Positions 24,185 through 34,600 of a stretch of DNA of 59,646 nt are shown here, piece after piece (positions within the stretch are counted from its first letter, which is position 1; every line of letters begins with the position of its first letter). The position numbers and the translations under genes are program-made. The stretch spans positions 1-59,646 of the forward strand of contig JAPLYC010000075.1 in assembly GCA_026395755.1 (NCBI GenBank). The letters are read 5' to 3'. This stretch comes from Candidatus Parcubacteria bacterium (GTDB lineage Bacteria; Patescibacteriota; Patescibacteriia; CAIXNZ01). The notes below the pieces were generated by a model, which ran no database searches, had not been told where the DNA came from, and saw nothing but the letters and a program-made list of their open reading frames with translations.

Positions 24185-24763
24185 TCAATCCTCGGAAATA
24201 AAGTTGATGATCGGATAATTTTCCAGTATTTCGCTCATCCAATCTTCGCCGTTTATATTTATCGAATCTGAATATCCGCAAAATTTATAATCTTTAAGCT
24301 GATTCAGATCTTTCGCTAGGCCATGTTTGATCGGATTCAGGTTAATATAATTAAAATGTGTCCAGAAATCCTTTTCATCTTTGGTGCAATAGTCCCAATA
24401 ATTCTGAAAAATTTTTCTACCCCGCTGATTATCTTCATTATTCCACTTAAAGGAAAGAGAACCATGCAATTTTTGGAAAAGATCGGGTAGTTTATCTCCC
24501 TGAGCGATTTTAAATAGCAAATGGTAATGATTTGGAACGATTGAATAAGTAAATAACTGATAGCTATAATCTTTCAATAGATTAAATAATAAATCAAGGA
24601 GTTCTTGTTTGCGTTTGTCGGTTAAGAGTGGCAAATCATCATAAGTGTGAGCTGAGATAAAATAAATCGCGTTGTCTAGGTAAATATGTGGGGGGTGATG
24701 TCGTGTTTTTGTCATATGTAAGCAGTTAGCGCAGCCCCTCGCGAAATTTATGGGGGGAACCAT
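24185..24763 (-). CDS. REP-associated tyrosine transposase (COG1943, Y1 HUH)
   Basis: HUH motif NHYHLLF and tyrosine motif NYINLNPIKHGLAKD (the classic YI..NP.K.GL). The alternative start at 24715 (MTKTRHHPPHIY) is plausible. Confidence 0.8.
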   Translation of the reverse strand: MVPPINFARGCANCLHMTKTRHHPPHIYLDNAIYFISAHTYDDLPLLTDKRKQELLDLLFNLLKDYSYQLFTYSIVPNHYHLLFKIAQGDKLPDLFQKLHGSLSFKWNNEDNQRGRKIFQNYWDYCTKDEKDFWTHFNYINLNPIKHGLAKDLNQLKDYKFCGYSDSININGEDWMSEILENYPIINFISED

Positions 24764-24781
24764 GAAAGGCTAAAGCCTAAA
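24764..24781. repeat. REP-like palindrome immediately upstream of the RAYT gene
   Basis: gaaaggctaaagcctaaa is the reverse complement of 22533-22550. Confidence 0.8.
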
Positions 24782-24795
24782 GTCCTGAGGTTATA

Positions 24796-25755
24796 CTAGG
24801 GCTGTAAAATATCCTCCGTCCTTCCGTCAATAGATACCACTACATTTTTAATTGCTGAAAATTGTTTCAGGGTTTCAGTAATCTGCGCGGCAATAGCAGC
24901 GACGCGGCAGGAGCCGCCAACTTGGAATTCCAGTGTTTTATCAAAGTCAGCATAAGCGGCTCCGTCTTTAATAGTGATTTTTTGCAGCTTCACGCCTGAA
25001 TTAATTGAAGTAAAAAATTTCTGGTCTATTTCAGAGGCTGTCGGGCCTTTTAATAATTCTTCTATTGCGGCTTGAGCCGTAGTTTGGATTTTAGAGATTA
25101 GACGGTCAACCGGAAATACTTTGGTGCAATCTAAAGCTCCAGGATTTTTCGTCTCACTGCCAAAAAATACTTTGACGCTCATTGTTTCTACGCCTTTGAG
25201 TTTGACCGGAATTTCCACCTTCTCGTCATTTTCCGGTAAGCCTGAAGGATTGTCTTTCATTAAGACTAAAGTGCCGTTTTGATCTTTGGCTACTAAAAAT
25301 TCCAAAGTAGCTTTAAAAGGTACAAATTGATCAGTCATCCAGTCGCCTTGAGCCTGAGCCGGGACAGCGGCAATTTCTTTGCCGGTTTCGTCCAGTAATT
25401 TAACAGGGAAGCTAGCTTCAAAATACCAGGTGCGGGCAGAGCCGGTAATGGTTACCGGGCTGGTTAATTCATCATTTGTCTGAGGGAAATCAACTATAAT
25501 ATTGGGATTTGTTACCGGGGGAATGGCATTAATATTGGAGTTATTGTTAGCGTTATAGTTATTGTTTACAACAGTGCCGCAGCCTGTTGTCGGCATTGAG
25601 GCATTGGGATTGCCATGTTTGACCCAAACGCCGTTTTGGCACAGCCAGGTGTCCTCAGTGGAAAATTTAAAATAAGCAATCGTACCCAGAGCCAGGATAA
25701 TCACTATTGCCAGAGCCGTAAGAATAACTTGTAATTGTTTGGACATAATAAACAC
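24796..25755 (-). CDS. Gmad2 Ig-like + GerMN domain protein, membrane-anchored
   Basis: N-terminal TM segment. ITGSARTWYFEASFPVKLLDE...GDWMT..FVPFKATLEF is Gmad2-like. VFPVDR......AAIEELLKGPT..E......T.I..GVKL is GerMN-like. Confidence 0.7.
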   Translation of the reverse strand: MFIMSKQLQVILTALAIVIILALGTIAYFKFSTEDTWLCQNGVWVKHGNPNASMPTTGCGTVVNNNYNANNNSNINAIPPVTNPNIIVDFPQTNDELTSPVTITGSARTWYFEASFPVKLLDETGKEIAAVPAQAQGDWMTDQFVPFKATLEFLVAKDQNGTLVLMKDNPSGLPENDEKVEIPVKLKGVETMSVKVFFGSETKNPGALDCTKVFPVDRLISKIQTTAQAAIEELLKGPTASEIDQKFFTSINSGVKLQKITIKDGAAYADFDKTLEFQVGGSCRVAAIAAQITETLKQFSAIKNVVVSIDGRTEDILQP

Positions 25756-25764
25756 ATTTAATTT

Positions 25765-26352
25765 TTATTTAAAGTCAATTTTTATTTGCCAATTTGGCGC
25801 GGCTAAACCGATTAAACGCTCAATTTCTTTTTGAGTATTGATCTTTGCATCGGCCACCAGTTTTTCCTGGCTGGCAGTAACTTGCGCCTGCTCTTTTAAT
25901 TTATTTAAGGCTAAATTATAACCGTCATCGTTGTTAAAAACTTTTTTTAAAATGCCCTGAGTATTTTTTAATTCAATATCACCCATTAATTCCGTGCTTT
26001 GAATTTCAATGGCCGGCAATTTGATTGTTATTTGTTTATCTGCCAATTGCACATCTTCAGCGTTTAGTTTGGTTAAATCCACTCCGGAGCTTACTTTCAT
26101 CACTGCGCTGGCTTCGATTTCCTGGCCCCAGAAAAAATCCCTCCACATCACTCCGGTATTTTTATCGATTGTCACCTTTTGATCCAAAATATAAGTTTGG
26201 GTAATTAGAAACCCCTCATTTTTTAAAGTCTGCAAAATAGTCTGGGAGTTAATCTGTTCTTTGACTATCTGCGGTTTGAAAATAAGAAAGCCAAAAAAAA
26301 TGCCCGCAATAAAAATAATGATAAACAGGGCTAAGGTTAAATAATATTTCAT
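25765..26352 (-). CDS. Membrane-anchored protein, DUF4230-like
   Basis: N-terminal TM segment. L..EGFLITQTYILDQKVTI......VSSGVDLTKL resembles DUF4230. Confidence 0.5.
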   Translation of the reverse strand: MKYYLTLALFIIIFIAGIFFGFLIFKPQIVKEQINSQTILQTLKNEGFLITQTYILDQKVTIDKNTGVMWRDFFWGQEIEASAVMKVSSGVDLTKLNAEDVQLADKQITIKLPAIEIQSTELMGDIELKNTQGILKKVFNNDDGYNLALNKLKEQAQVTASQEKLVADAKINTQKEIERLIGLAAPNWQIKIDFK

Positions 26353-26379
26353 AAGCTTTACGTTTAAATAATAAAAGTG

Positions 26380-26637
26380 TTAAATTTTAAATTCGTCAGA
26401 ATTTGGGTTTTTTTGAAAACGTTTGACCAGATAATAAAGTCCGACATTGGGAATTTTATTTAGTTCGGGTACATCTTGGCCATTTAGTGTTATGGCAAGT
26501 TTAGCCTTTTGGCATTGAGGACAAGACACTTTTTTCCAAAAGCGGCCGCTGATTTTGAAATTTTTAGCAGAATCTTCAAAGCCGCAATTTACGCATTTAA
26601 ATTTTAGATAGTATTTTGGGGTTTCTTGGTTAGCCAT
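26380..26637 (-). CDS. Small zinc-ribbon protein
   Basis: Contains CVNCG...CPQC. 85 aa. Confidence 0.55.
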   Translation of the reverse strand: MANQETPKYYLKFKCVNCGFEDSAKNFKISGRFWKKVSCPQCQKAKLAITLNGQDVPELNKIPNVGLYYLVKRFQKNPNSDEFKI

Positions 26638-26812
26638 ATATTTATTTTTACACTTTAATTTTAGCGAAAAAACAGGGAAAAGTCCACCAGGGGGCTTTTC
26701 CCGACAAAAATAAAAACCCCTCGATAAAAAGGATTTTTATTATATTCGGGGCGAGAGGATTTGCCCCGCGAAGCGGGATCCCGCTTCGCGGGAAACTCTT
26801 TTACGTATATAT

Positions 26813-26887
26813 TCGGGGCGGAGAGATTTGAACTCTCGATCTTCGGACCCCCAGCCCGACGCCTTAGACCAACTGGGCCACGCCCCG
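26813..26887 (-). tRNA. tRNA-Pro (anticodon GGG), no CCA encoded
   Basis: The reverse complement is cggggcg-tg-gccc-agttggtcta-aggc-g-tcggg-ctGGGgg-tccga-agatc-gagag-ttcaaat-ctctc-cgccccg-a. Confidence 0.85.
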
Positions 26888-27000
26888 CGGATTCGTCAAA
26901 CGTTAAAAGGTTACGACGCTCGTATCGTTATACGGTTATCGTATATCGTGATATTTTAATATTACTTTAGACCAGCTTAAAAATCAACAGTTAGTAACCA

Positions 27001-27032
27001 AAAAATCCTCCCGCGTCGCGGGGGGATTTTTG
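27001..27032. terminator. Bidirectional intrinsic terminator (near-copy of the one at 7503-7535)
   Basis: aaaaatcctcccgcgtcgcggggggattttt shares the core cgcgtcgcggg with 7503-7535. Confidence 0.75.
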
Positions 27033-27044
27033 TATGAGAACAGT

Positions 27045-27191
27045 TTATTTAGCTGCGCCAATTTTAAACATTTTTGTGCCACAGACTGGACAGATGCCTG
27101 TAACTGCTGGTCTGCCATTTTTCATTTTAATTTCCTGAGCATCTTTCATTTCTTGTTTAGCTTTACATTTTACACAGTAAGCTTGGGTCAT
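27045..27191 (-). CDS. DUF5679-type zinc-ribbon protein, 48 aa (below ORF-track cutoff)
   Basis: The reverse-strand translation is MTQAYCVKCKAKQEMKDAQEIKMKNGRPAVTGICPVCGTKMFKIGAAK, which is the characteristic DUF5679 pattern. Confidence 0.75.
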   Translation of the reverse strand: MTQAYCVKCKAKQEMKDAQEIKMKNGRPAVTGICPVCGTKMFKIGAAK

Positions 27192-27257
27192 AGGAATTTT
27201 TCATGTTAATAATTATCCTTAATCTAATTATACCTAATTTTAGGTAAAAACGCAAAT

Positions 27258-27437
27258 TTAAGCTTTGGCCGCCTTATTTTGATTGCGCATGCAGCTGGTG
27301 CAGATTTTAGTTTTCTTGCCATTGATTTTCTTAGTCTGCAGGTTTAAATATTTCTTGGTCAGGGTCTTTATGTTTGAATGGCTTCGGCTGGCGCTGCTTA
27401 AAGGGCCGCGGCCGCAGATTTCACAAGTTCGTGACAT
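27258..27437 (-). CDS. rpmB: 50S ribosomal protein L28, 59 aa (below ORF-track cutoff)
   Basis: The reverse-strand translation is MSRTCEICGRGPLSSASRSHSNIKTLTKKYLNLQTKKINGKKTKICTSCMRNQNKAAKA, which carries the L28 signature. Confidence 0.85.
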   Translation of the reverse strand: MSRTCEICGRGPLSSASRSHSNIKTLTKKYLNLQTKKINGKKTKICTSCMRNQNKAAKA

Positions 27438-27551
27438 AATGGTATTATTGTTAGTAATGAATAAATAAGGTCTTTAGGTGGATAGAGCTTGAGGCTCTTA
27501 GTCCATGGCTTATATGATAGCGTAAATACTTAAATTAATCAAGCTTTTCCT

Positions 27552-28184
27552 ATGGATTCATATGTAATTTCACTAATAGTCGGTTTTATAGCTTTTTTTC
27601 TGGCTTTGACAGTTCATGAATTTTCGCATGCTTTGACAGCCTATTATTTAGGGGATAGGACAGCTCAAGATGCCGGCAGATTAACTTTAAATCCCTTAGC
27701 TCATATTGATCTATTTGGCACGGTTTTATTGCCGTTATTTTTAATTTTAAGCCAAGCAGGCATAGTTTTTGGCTGGGCAAAACCAGTACCCGTCAATTAT
27801 TATAATTTAAAAGATCAAAAATGGGGACCAGCCTTAGTTTCCTTAGCTGGGCCAGCAGCTAATCTTATATTTTGTGTATTTTGTGTATTATTTTGGCAAT
27901 TAATGAAAAATTATTTAACATTTAGTTTTAATACTTTGTTAGTTCCATTTATTGCTTCACTTATTGAAGTCAATATTGTTTTAATGGTTTTTAATCTAAT
28001 TCCCATCCCTCCGCTTGACGGCTCTAAAATTTTATTTGCGATTTTGCCGGATAAATATGAGAGTTTTAAGATCTTTTTAGAAAGAAATGGCATTCTTATC
28101 CTGATTATTTTTATATTTTTTGGTTCTAGTCTGTTATATCCGCTTATTAATTTTTTTAAAAGTCTATTAGTGCCTTTTCTTTGA
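27552..28184 (+). CDS. Site-2 protease family (peptidase M50) membrane metalloprotease
   Basis: Contains HEFSHALTA (HExxH) and NLIPIPPLDGSKI, in a multi-TM protein. Confidence 0.85.
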   Translation: MDSYVISLIVGFIAFFLALTVHEFSHALTAYYLGDRTAQDAGRLTLNPLAHIDLFGTVLLPLFLILSQAGIVFGWAKPVPVNYYNLKDQKWGPALVSLAGPAANLIFCVFCVLFWQLMKNYLTFSFNTLLVPFIASLIEVNIVLMVFNLIPIPPLDGSKILFAILPDKYESFKIFLERNGILILIIFIFFGSSLLYPLINFFKSLLVPFL

Positions 28185-28291
28185 GCATGCTTGAAACTTT
28201 TTAGAATTGTTTAGTTTTTTTTTGGTTTTAACTGTTAAGTCCGGTTTTTTAGCTCCACGGGAGCCCTTCCAGGGCTAAAATATGGACTCTC

Positions 28292-28320
28292 TTGACAATA
28301 AACGCATTAAAGTATAAAAT
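28292..28320 (+). promoter_or_regulatory. Promoter TTGACA-N17-TAAAAT for rpsL-rpsG-fusA
   Basis: ttgaca at 28292-28297 and taaaat at 28315-28320, about 80 nt upstream of the rpsL ATG. Confidence 0.6.
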
Positions 28321-28402
28321 AAAATTACAATTTATTCGAGTTGCAAATTAGTTGAGTTATTAACTAATTATAATTTTAGAAAATTATAATTTTTTATTTA
28401 TT

Positions 28403-28828
28403 ATGCCAACCATCAATCAATTAGTCAGGAAAAATAGACAAGGAACCAAAAAGAAAACCAAAACCCCGGCCTTGGAAAGTGTTTTTAATACTATCAAAAG
28501 AAAACGCAAGGCTATGTCTAGCGGCAATCCTTTTAAGCGCGGTGTTTGCTTGAAAGTATCGACTATTACGCCTAAAAAACCGAATTCAGCTTTGCGTAAA
28601 ATAGCCAGGGTCAGATTATCCAATGGTATGGAAGTTACCGCTTATATTCCCGGCGAAGGCCACAATCTGCAGGAACACTCTATTGTTATGCTTCGCGGTG
28701 GCAGGGTAAAGGATTTAACAGGTGTCCGCTATCACATTATCCGTGGTCGTTATGATACTCAGGGTGTGGAAAATCGACGCAAGGGCCGATCACTTTACGG
28801 TCAAAAGCGACCCAAAGATAAGAAATAA
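28403..28828 (+). CDS. rpsL: 30S ribosomal protein S12
   Basis: Contains [10 protein letters not shown]...[47 protein letters not shown]. Confidence 0.95.
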   Translation: MPTINQLVRKNRQGTKKKTKTPALESVFNTIKRKRKAMSSGNPFKRGVCLKVSTITPKKPNSALRKIARVRLSNGMEVTAYIPGEGHNLQEHSIVMLRGGRVKDLTGVRYHIIRGRYDTQGVENRRKGRSLYGQKRPKDKK

Positions 28829-28935
28829 TTTAATTTAAGTAATTAGGAATTAAGTAATTAGGAATTAGATATCGGATTAATTTATCATATTTCTAATGCC
28901 TAATTCCCAATACCCAATAGCTAATATTTAATTAT

Positions 28936-29406
28936 ATGAGAGGTAAGCAAGCACCTAAAAGACCTATTCAGCCTGATGCCAAATTTAATAACGCGCAGAT
29001 AGGGAAATTCATCAGTTATTTAATGCGTCGCGGCAAAAAATCAACTGCTCAAAATATTGTCTATGACTGTTTTGATAATATTTCAGTCAAAACCAAACAA
29101 GATCCTTTGGAGGTTTTTGACGCTGCTATCAAAAATGTCGGCCCCTCATTGGAAGTTAAGGGCCGCAGAATCGGCGGCGCCAATTATCAGATTCCTTTTC
29201 CGGTGAAAACTGAAAGACGATATCAATTAGCCTGCCGCTGGATTATCATTGCGGCGCAAAAAAGAAAAGGGCGATCTATGGCTGATAAATTGGCTATGGA
29301 AATCATTGATGCGGCCAATAGTCAGGGCGAGGCCTTTAAGAAAAAAGTTGATGCTCATAAAATGGCTGACGCTAATCGCGCCTTTGCCCATTTTGCCCGT
29401 TACTAA
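28936..29406 (+). CDS. rpsG: 30S ribosomal protein S7
   Basis: 156 aa. LEVKGRRIGGANYQIPFPV and ANRAFAHFAR are typical S7 motifs, and the gene follows rpsL. Confidence 0.95.
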   Translation: MRGKQAPKRPIQPDAKFNNAQIGKFISYLMRRGKKSTAQNIVYDCFDNISVKTKQDPLEVFDAAIKNVGPSLEVKGRRIGGANYQIPFPVKTERRYQLACRWIIIAAQKRKGRSMADKLAMEIIDAANSQGEAFKKKVDAHKMADANRAFAHFARY

Positions 29407-29525
29407 ACCCCACAGAATTACAGATTTATACAGATATCTATACAAATTACGCTATAACTTTAAACTTTTAATTTTGTCAGCCAAAGGCTGATCCGCCCTT
29501 GGCGGAAACTTTTAACTTATTTTTT

Positions 29526-31601
29526 ATGCCCCGTGAGTATACACTAGAAAAAACAAGAAACATAGGCATTATGGCCCATATTGACGCCGGTAAAACTACA
29601 GTTACCGAGCGTGTTTTATTTTATACCGGTAAAAAACATAAAATCGGTGAAGTTCATGAGGGCGCTGCTGAAATGGACTGGATGGAACAGGAAAAAGAAA
29701 GAGGCATTACCATTACCGCCGCCGCCACCACCTGTTTTTGGAAAGATCACCGCATAAATATTATTGATACTCCCGGTCATGTTGATTTTACCGTGGAAGT
29801 TGAAAGATCTTTGCGTGTTTTGGACGGCGCTGTTGCGGTTTTCGACGGTTCTCAGGGCGTAGAGCCACAATCAGAAACAGTCTGGCATCAGGCAGCTAAA
29901 TATGATGTCCCCAGAATCGCGTTTGTAAATAAAATGGATAAAATGGGAGCTGATTTTTATATGACCTTGGATTCAATTGCAGAACGTTTGTCTATGCATG
30001 CCGCTGCCATGCAATTGCCTATCGGAGCTGAAGAAACTTTTAGCGGTTTGATTGATTTGTTAGATCGCAAAGCCTATAATTTCGAAGGTGAATATGGACA
30101 GAATGTCGTGGAAATTCCCATTCCCGAAGATATGAAAGAAAAAGTAGAAAAATACCGCAAGATTTTGCTGGAAAAGGTAGCGGAAAACGATGAGGATTTA
30201 ATGAATAAATATTTAGCCGGCGAAGATTTGGATATAATTCAAGTTCGCCAGGTAATGAGAAAAGCTACCATATCCAATGATTTTCATCCGGTATTATGCG
30301 GTTCAGCCTTAAAAAATATTGGGGTGCAAATGATGCTTGATGCAGTGGTTTCATTTTTGCCTAATCCATTGGAAATCCCACCGGTTACTGGCAAAAATCC
30401 GGATACGGGGGCTGAAGAAATCAGAAAAGCATCCGATGATGAACCGTTTGCCGCTTTAGCCTTTAAATTAGCTACGGATCCTTTTGTGGGTAAATTGGTA
30501 TTTTTTCGCGTTTATTCCGGTAGCTTAAAAGCTGGTTCTTATGTTTTAAATACTAAGACAGGAAATAAAGAAAGAATCGGCCGTATTGTACGCTTACATG
30601 CCAATTCCCGGGAAGATGTTGATGAAGTTTTTTCCGGAGAAATCGCCGCGGCAATCGGCTTAAAAAATACCGTGACGGGTAATACTTTGTGTGATGAAAA
30701 AAAACCGATTATTTTAGAAGAAATTATTTTTCCTGAACCGGTTATTTCCGTAGCCATTGAGCCCAAAACCAAAGCTGACCAGGAAAAAATGGGCATGGCC
30801 ATGCAAAAGCTGGCCGAAGAAGATCCGACTTTTAAAATTCATACCGATGACGAAACTTTACAGACTATTATTTCCGGTATGGGTGAATTGCATCTGGATA
30901 TTATTGTTGACCGCATGAAAAGAGAATTTAAAGTTGAAGCCAATGTCGGCGCTCCCCAAGTTGCTTATAAGGAAACCATTAAAGGCTCTGCAGAGGGTGA
31001 AGGTAAATATATTAAACAATCGGGCGGCAGAGGCCAATACGGTCATTGCTGGGTTAAAGTTGAACCGCGTGATCGTTCAGAAGGCTTTGAATTTGTTGAT
31101 GATATTAAAGGCGGTGTAATTCCCCGTGAATTTATCGCTCCCATTGAAAAAGGCGTCAAGGAATCTTTAACCAAGGGCATTTTGGCCGGTTATCCGGTAG
31201 TTGATGTTAAAGTTACTGTATATGACGGCTCGTATCATGATGTCGATTCTTCTGAGATTGCTTTTAAAATCGCCGGTTCCATGGCTTTTGTGGAAGCAGC
31301 CAAAAAGGCCAAACCAGTTATTTTAGAGCCGATTATGAAAATCCAGGTCACTACCCCGGAGCAATTTATGGGTGATGTTATCGGCGATTTGAATTCCAAA
31401 CGCGCTCAGATTTCTCAGATGACAGAAAAAGTCAAATTAAAAGTCATTGACGGCTTAGTACCGCTTTCGGAAATGTTCGGCTATGCCACCTCCTTGAGGT
31501 CGTTGACTCAGGGTCGCGCTAATTATGTCATGGAATTTGATCATTACCAGGAAGTACCATCAAATGTTGCGCAGAAGATTATTGCAGGTAAAATGAAATA
31601 A
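29526..31601 (+). CDS. fusA: Elongation factor G
   Basis: Contains [25 protein letters not shown] and DTPGHVDF. The ATG at 29526 is preferred over the listed TTG at 29499. Confidence 0.95.
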   Translation: MPREYTLEKTRNIGIMAHIDAGKTTVTERVLFYTGKKHKIGEVHEGAAEMDWMEQEKERGITITAAATTCFWKDHRINIIDTPGHVDFTVEVERSLRVLDGAVAVFDGSQGVEPQSETVWHQAAKYDVPRIAFVNKMDKMGADFYMTLDSIAERLSMHAAAMQLPIGAEETFSGLIDLLDRKAYNFEGEYGQNVVEIPIPEDMKEKVEKYRKILLEKVAENDEDLMNKYLAGEDLDIIQVRQVMRKATISNDFHPVLCGSALKNIGVQMMLDAVVSFLPNPLEIPPVTGKNPDTGAEEIRKASDDEPFAALAFKLATDPFVGKLVFFRVYSGSLKAGSYVLNTKTGNKERIGRIVRLHANSREDVDEVFSGEIAAAIGLKNTVTGNTLCDEKKPIILEEIIFPEPVISVAIEPKTKADQEKMGMAMQKLAEEDPTFKIHTDDETLQTIISGMGELHLDIIVDRMKREFKVEANVGAPQVAYKETIKGSAEGEGKYIKQSGGRGQYGHCWVKVEPRDRSEGFEFVDDIKGGVIPREFIAPIEKGVKESLTKGILAGYPVVDVKVTVYDGSYHDVDSSEIAFKIAGSMAFVEAAKKAKPVILEPIMKIQVTTPEQFMGDVIGDLNSKRAQISQMTEKVKLKVIDGLVPLSEMFGYATSLRSLTQGRANYVMEFDHYQEVPSNVAQKIIAGKMK

Positions 31602-31620
31602 ATTATAAAAACTATAACAA

Positions 31621-31652
31621 AAACACCCCCGCGCTGCGGGGGTGTTTTTGTT
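31621..31652. terminator. Bidirectional terminator between fusA and the convergent beta-helix gene
   Basis: aaacacccccgc-gct-gcgggggtgttttt. Confidence 0.8.
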
Positions 31653-31666
31653 ATATCGTTAAATCA

Positions 31667-34600
31667 TTATTGCCAGGTCATTATATCCGCTTTAGTTGTA
31701 GTGGGAAAAATTAGGCCGTCAGCATAATCAGAGATGCTGCTGACATTTCGAATCAGATATTTTGCTTGAAATAGTTCATTAAAAAGCTGGAAATTAATCA
31801 TCCTTTTTTTGCTGTTTTCCAGGTAATAAACATTGGGATCATTGAGGTATTGTATTAATGTGCCATTGGTAAATGCGCTTGCGGGTTCGCCCATCTGATA
31901 ATCAGTAAAAAATGTATCAGGGATATCAATAACCAATCTTGACCAATCAATCCCAAAGAGTTGAGCAGCCAATGATTCAGAGCCCAAAGATCTTAATTTA
32001 GCACCCGGTTCCACTAAATAAACCTGGGCCTGGGATTGGATTTTAACTAAGGCGGTCCCGGGTCTGACTGTAATATTTTTACCCATTGAGATTTCGGATA
32101 TAGTTTCAATTGGTATAGTTTTAACTTCAGTGAAATTGGCAAACCAGGTGAAATAGGTCGATTCGTTGGGAAAAGGGTGACGGCAATTATCCATGCCGAT
32201 AAAATAAACAGTTTTGGAATTCTCGATTTTTAGTAAATTACCGATACTTAAGCCTTCGGGTAATTGCTCCGAGCAAAGTATGGGCGCTGGCATTGGTGTT
32301 TCGACGAGAATTTCTTCCGTAACTAAATTTATAGAGTCGGTAATTAAAGGAGAATTTGCCCCCATAAAATTACGAAATTTTACATAAACTGTTTTTTCTC
32401 CAAGACCCGGAAGTAAAGCCCAGGTTCTTGAGCTGCTAAACGGTTCCCAGGTAGCTGTATCGAAAGATGGATCATTGCTGATTAGCATCTGGGTAGCCTG
32501 TGTTGAGGTTAGAGTCAGGGTAACGTTTTCAGATGTAGTTTTCGGTTCATCGACATTGATTACAACTTCGGCCGATCCGTTAAAAATCAGGCCGCTTGAA
32601 CTAGCAGGAGGCCCGATAAAAGCGCCTTCGACAAATTCAAATGTTTTGAGAGAATAGCCGCCATTATATACGAAGGTTGCTACCCCCTGGGCGTTAGATA
32701 CTATTATGTCATAATTAACCGTGTCAACTTTTATGGTGTATTTTGTCCATGGGGCCAGATCGCCAATATTATGAGTTGTTACTATTCCGGCTAAATTGCC
32801 GTCTTCGGTCCATTTTTTATAATGCAATCCCCCAGTATCCCAGGTGGTGATATTTATCTTTATATTGCCTGAATCAGGCGTAGCATTCATATTAATTGTC
32901 TGATAGGCGGATGTTCCGGCTAAGCCTGATAATTCAATCTTAGTCGTTTGATCCGGGTAAATTATTGATTCATGGGCGGCAAAAGGACTGGTAAATTCAC
33001 CTATAACAATATCAGTACTCCCTGTTCCAGCAACAACCAACTCGATGTTATTTGGCTGGGTTAGATTTATTTGTGTTGCGGATAAAACATCAATATCATT
33101 GGTAATATCAAGATCATTTAAACTGGAATTAGATTTAACTGCTGGGTAGGCAGTTGCATAATGAAAGTCAGCATAACTAGGGTCGGCTACAAATGTTTGT
33201 ATATCAGGGCCGTCATTATAAGTCTGGGATAATAATTTAAATTCCAAATCATACCAGGTCCAGGGATAATTCATGGGAATATTTAAGCCAGAAAAAGATC
33301 TGGTAATTTTAGTCCCAGGTTGAGTATAGACATAGGGCTTGATATACAATAAAAAGGGGATATCAATAATGCCGTTAGTAAAGGATAAATCATATCCGGC
33401 ATATTGCGTAAAGCCAATTGTATTATTTGTACCTACACCATTAGAAGCCGGTATCGGTCTGGGAATATTACGATACCATGCCTGGTAATCTATATTGTTC
33501 AGAATCCCGAGGGGATAATCGGGGATTTGTTCAATAGAGTTACCAATCCAAACGTCGCATGCCCATTCATCGTTACTTATAGGTGCTGTTAATTTCAGTG
33601 ATCTGGCATCAGTACCAGCTCCTTGTCCATGAATCGGTAGATCTGGGCTAAAATAATAACGTACAGTTCGTGGAGTCGTCGTTCCAATTAAATAAATAAA
33701 TTGCTTTTCATAGTAGTTGCTAGCTGGTGCGGGTTCAGTAATAGTCACTTTCAATGTATAAGTGCCAGTACGGCTGGGAATAAAAGATCCTGTCACATGA
33801 TTTCCCGATTTGCCCTGGGTAACCACCTCGGCAGGACTGGTGGTTAATGTATAGGTACATGTTGGACAAGCAACAGCCCTAATAGTTTGGAGATAAAAAT
33901 CTATAGGGACTGTGTCTCCGGCATTCCAAGGCCCGCTTTGCGAGGATAACCAGTTAATCATTTCGCTTTTAGCGGCATCAATAATTTGATTATTGCTAAT
34001 TGTTGCTGCTGAAAGAGTTTGGATAGTATTTCTTCCGCGATAAAATTTATTATTACTGATAGTTGATCCAGCCCCGCTGGTAATAGAAGTACGTCCATTA
34101 TAAAGGATTATATTATTATTAAAAGTAAGGTTACTTGAAAAAATTGCAAGAGTATCATTATCTCCTTTATTAATTGTATTTCCTGTAATAACTACATTAT
34201 TAGTATACAAAAGATCTAAGGGTGAACGGCTATCGTCAATAATATTATTTAATATCTGTAGATTATTAATTGGAGTTGCAAAATTAATCCCCCATAAATG
34301 TATACCACTGCTCCAATAACCGTTTATTTTTAAATTTTGGATGATTATATTATTAAAACCAATCCCAGAGATCGCAGTTTTTGATCTTGTAGCATTTAGT
34401 CCTCCGGTAAAATTAAAATTATGATTATTGCCATCAATAGTTATGCCGATTGCTCCAATTGTTAGCCCAGCAGAAGTGCAATTTAAATCAGCAGGAAAAG
34501 TATAATCAGACATTACAGTATCACCGCAGCTGCAGGCGACTGGCACCGGAAGCCCTGGAGCTACAACATCTCCGCAATTAACAGCTGCTTCTACCTTATT

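Noticed and set aside
7503-27032. Near-identical terminators at 7503-7535 and 27001-27032 (core cgcgtcgcggg) as a mobile element.
   Set aside because: Both sit exactly between convergent genes and have flanking A-runs and T-runs. This is consistent with a reused bidirectional terminator design, and the similarity is too short (about 30 nt) to argue for mobility.
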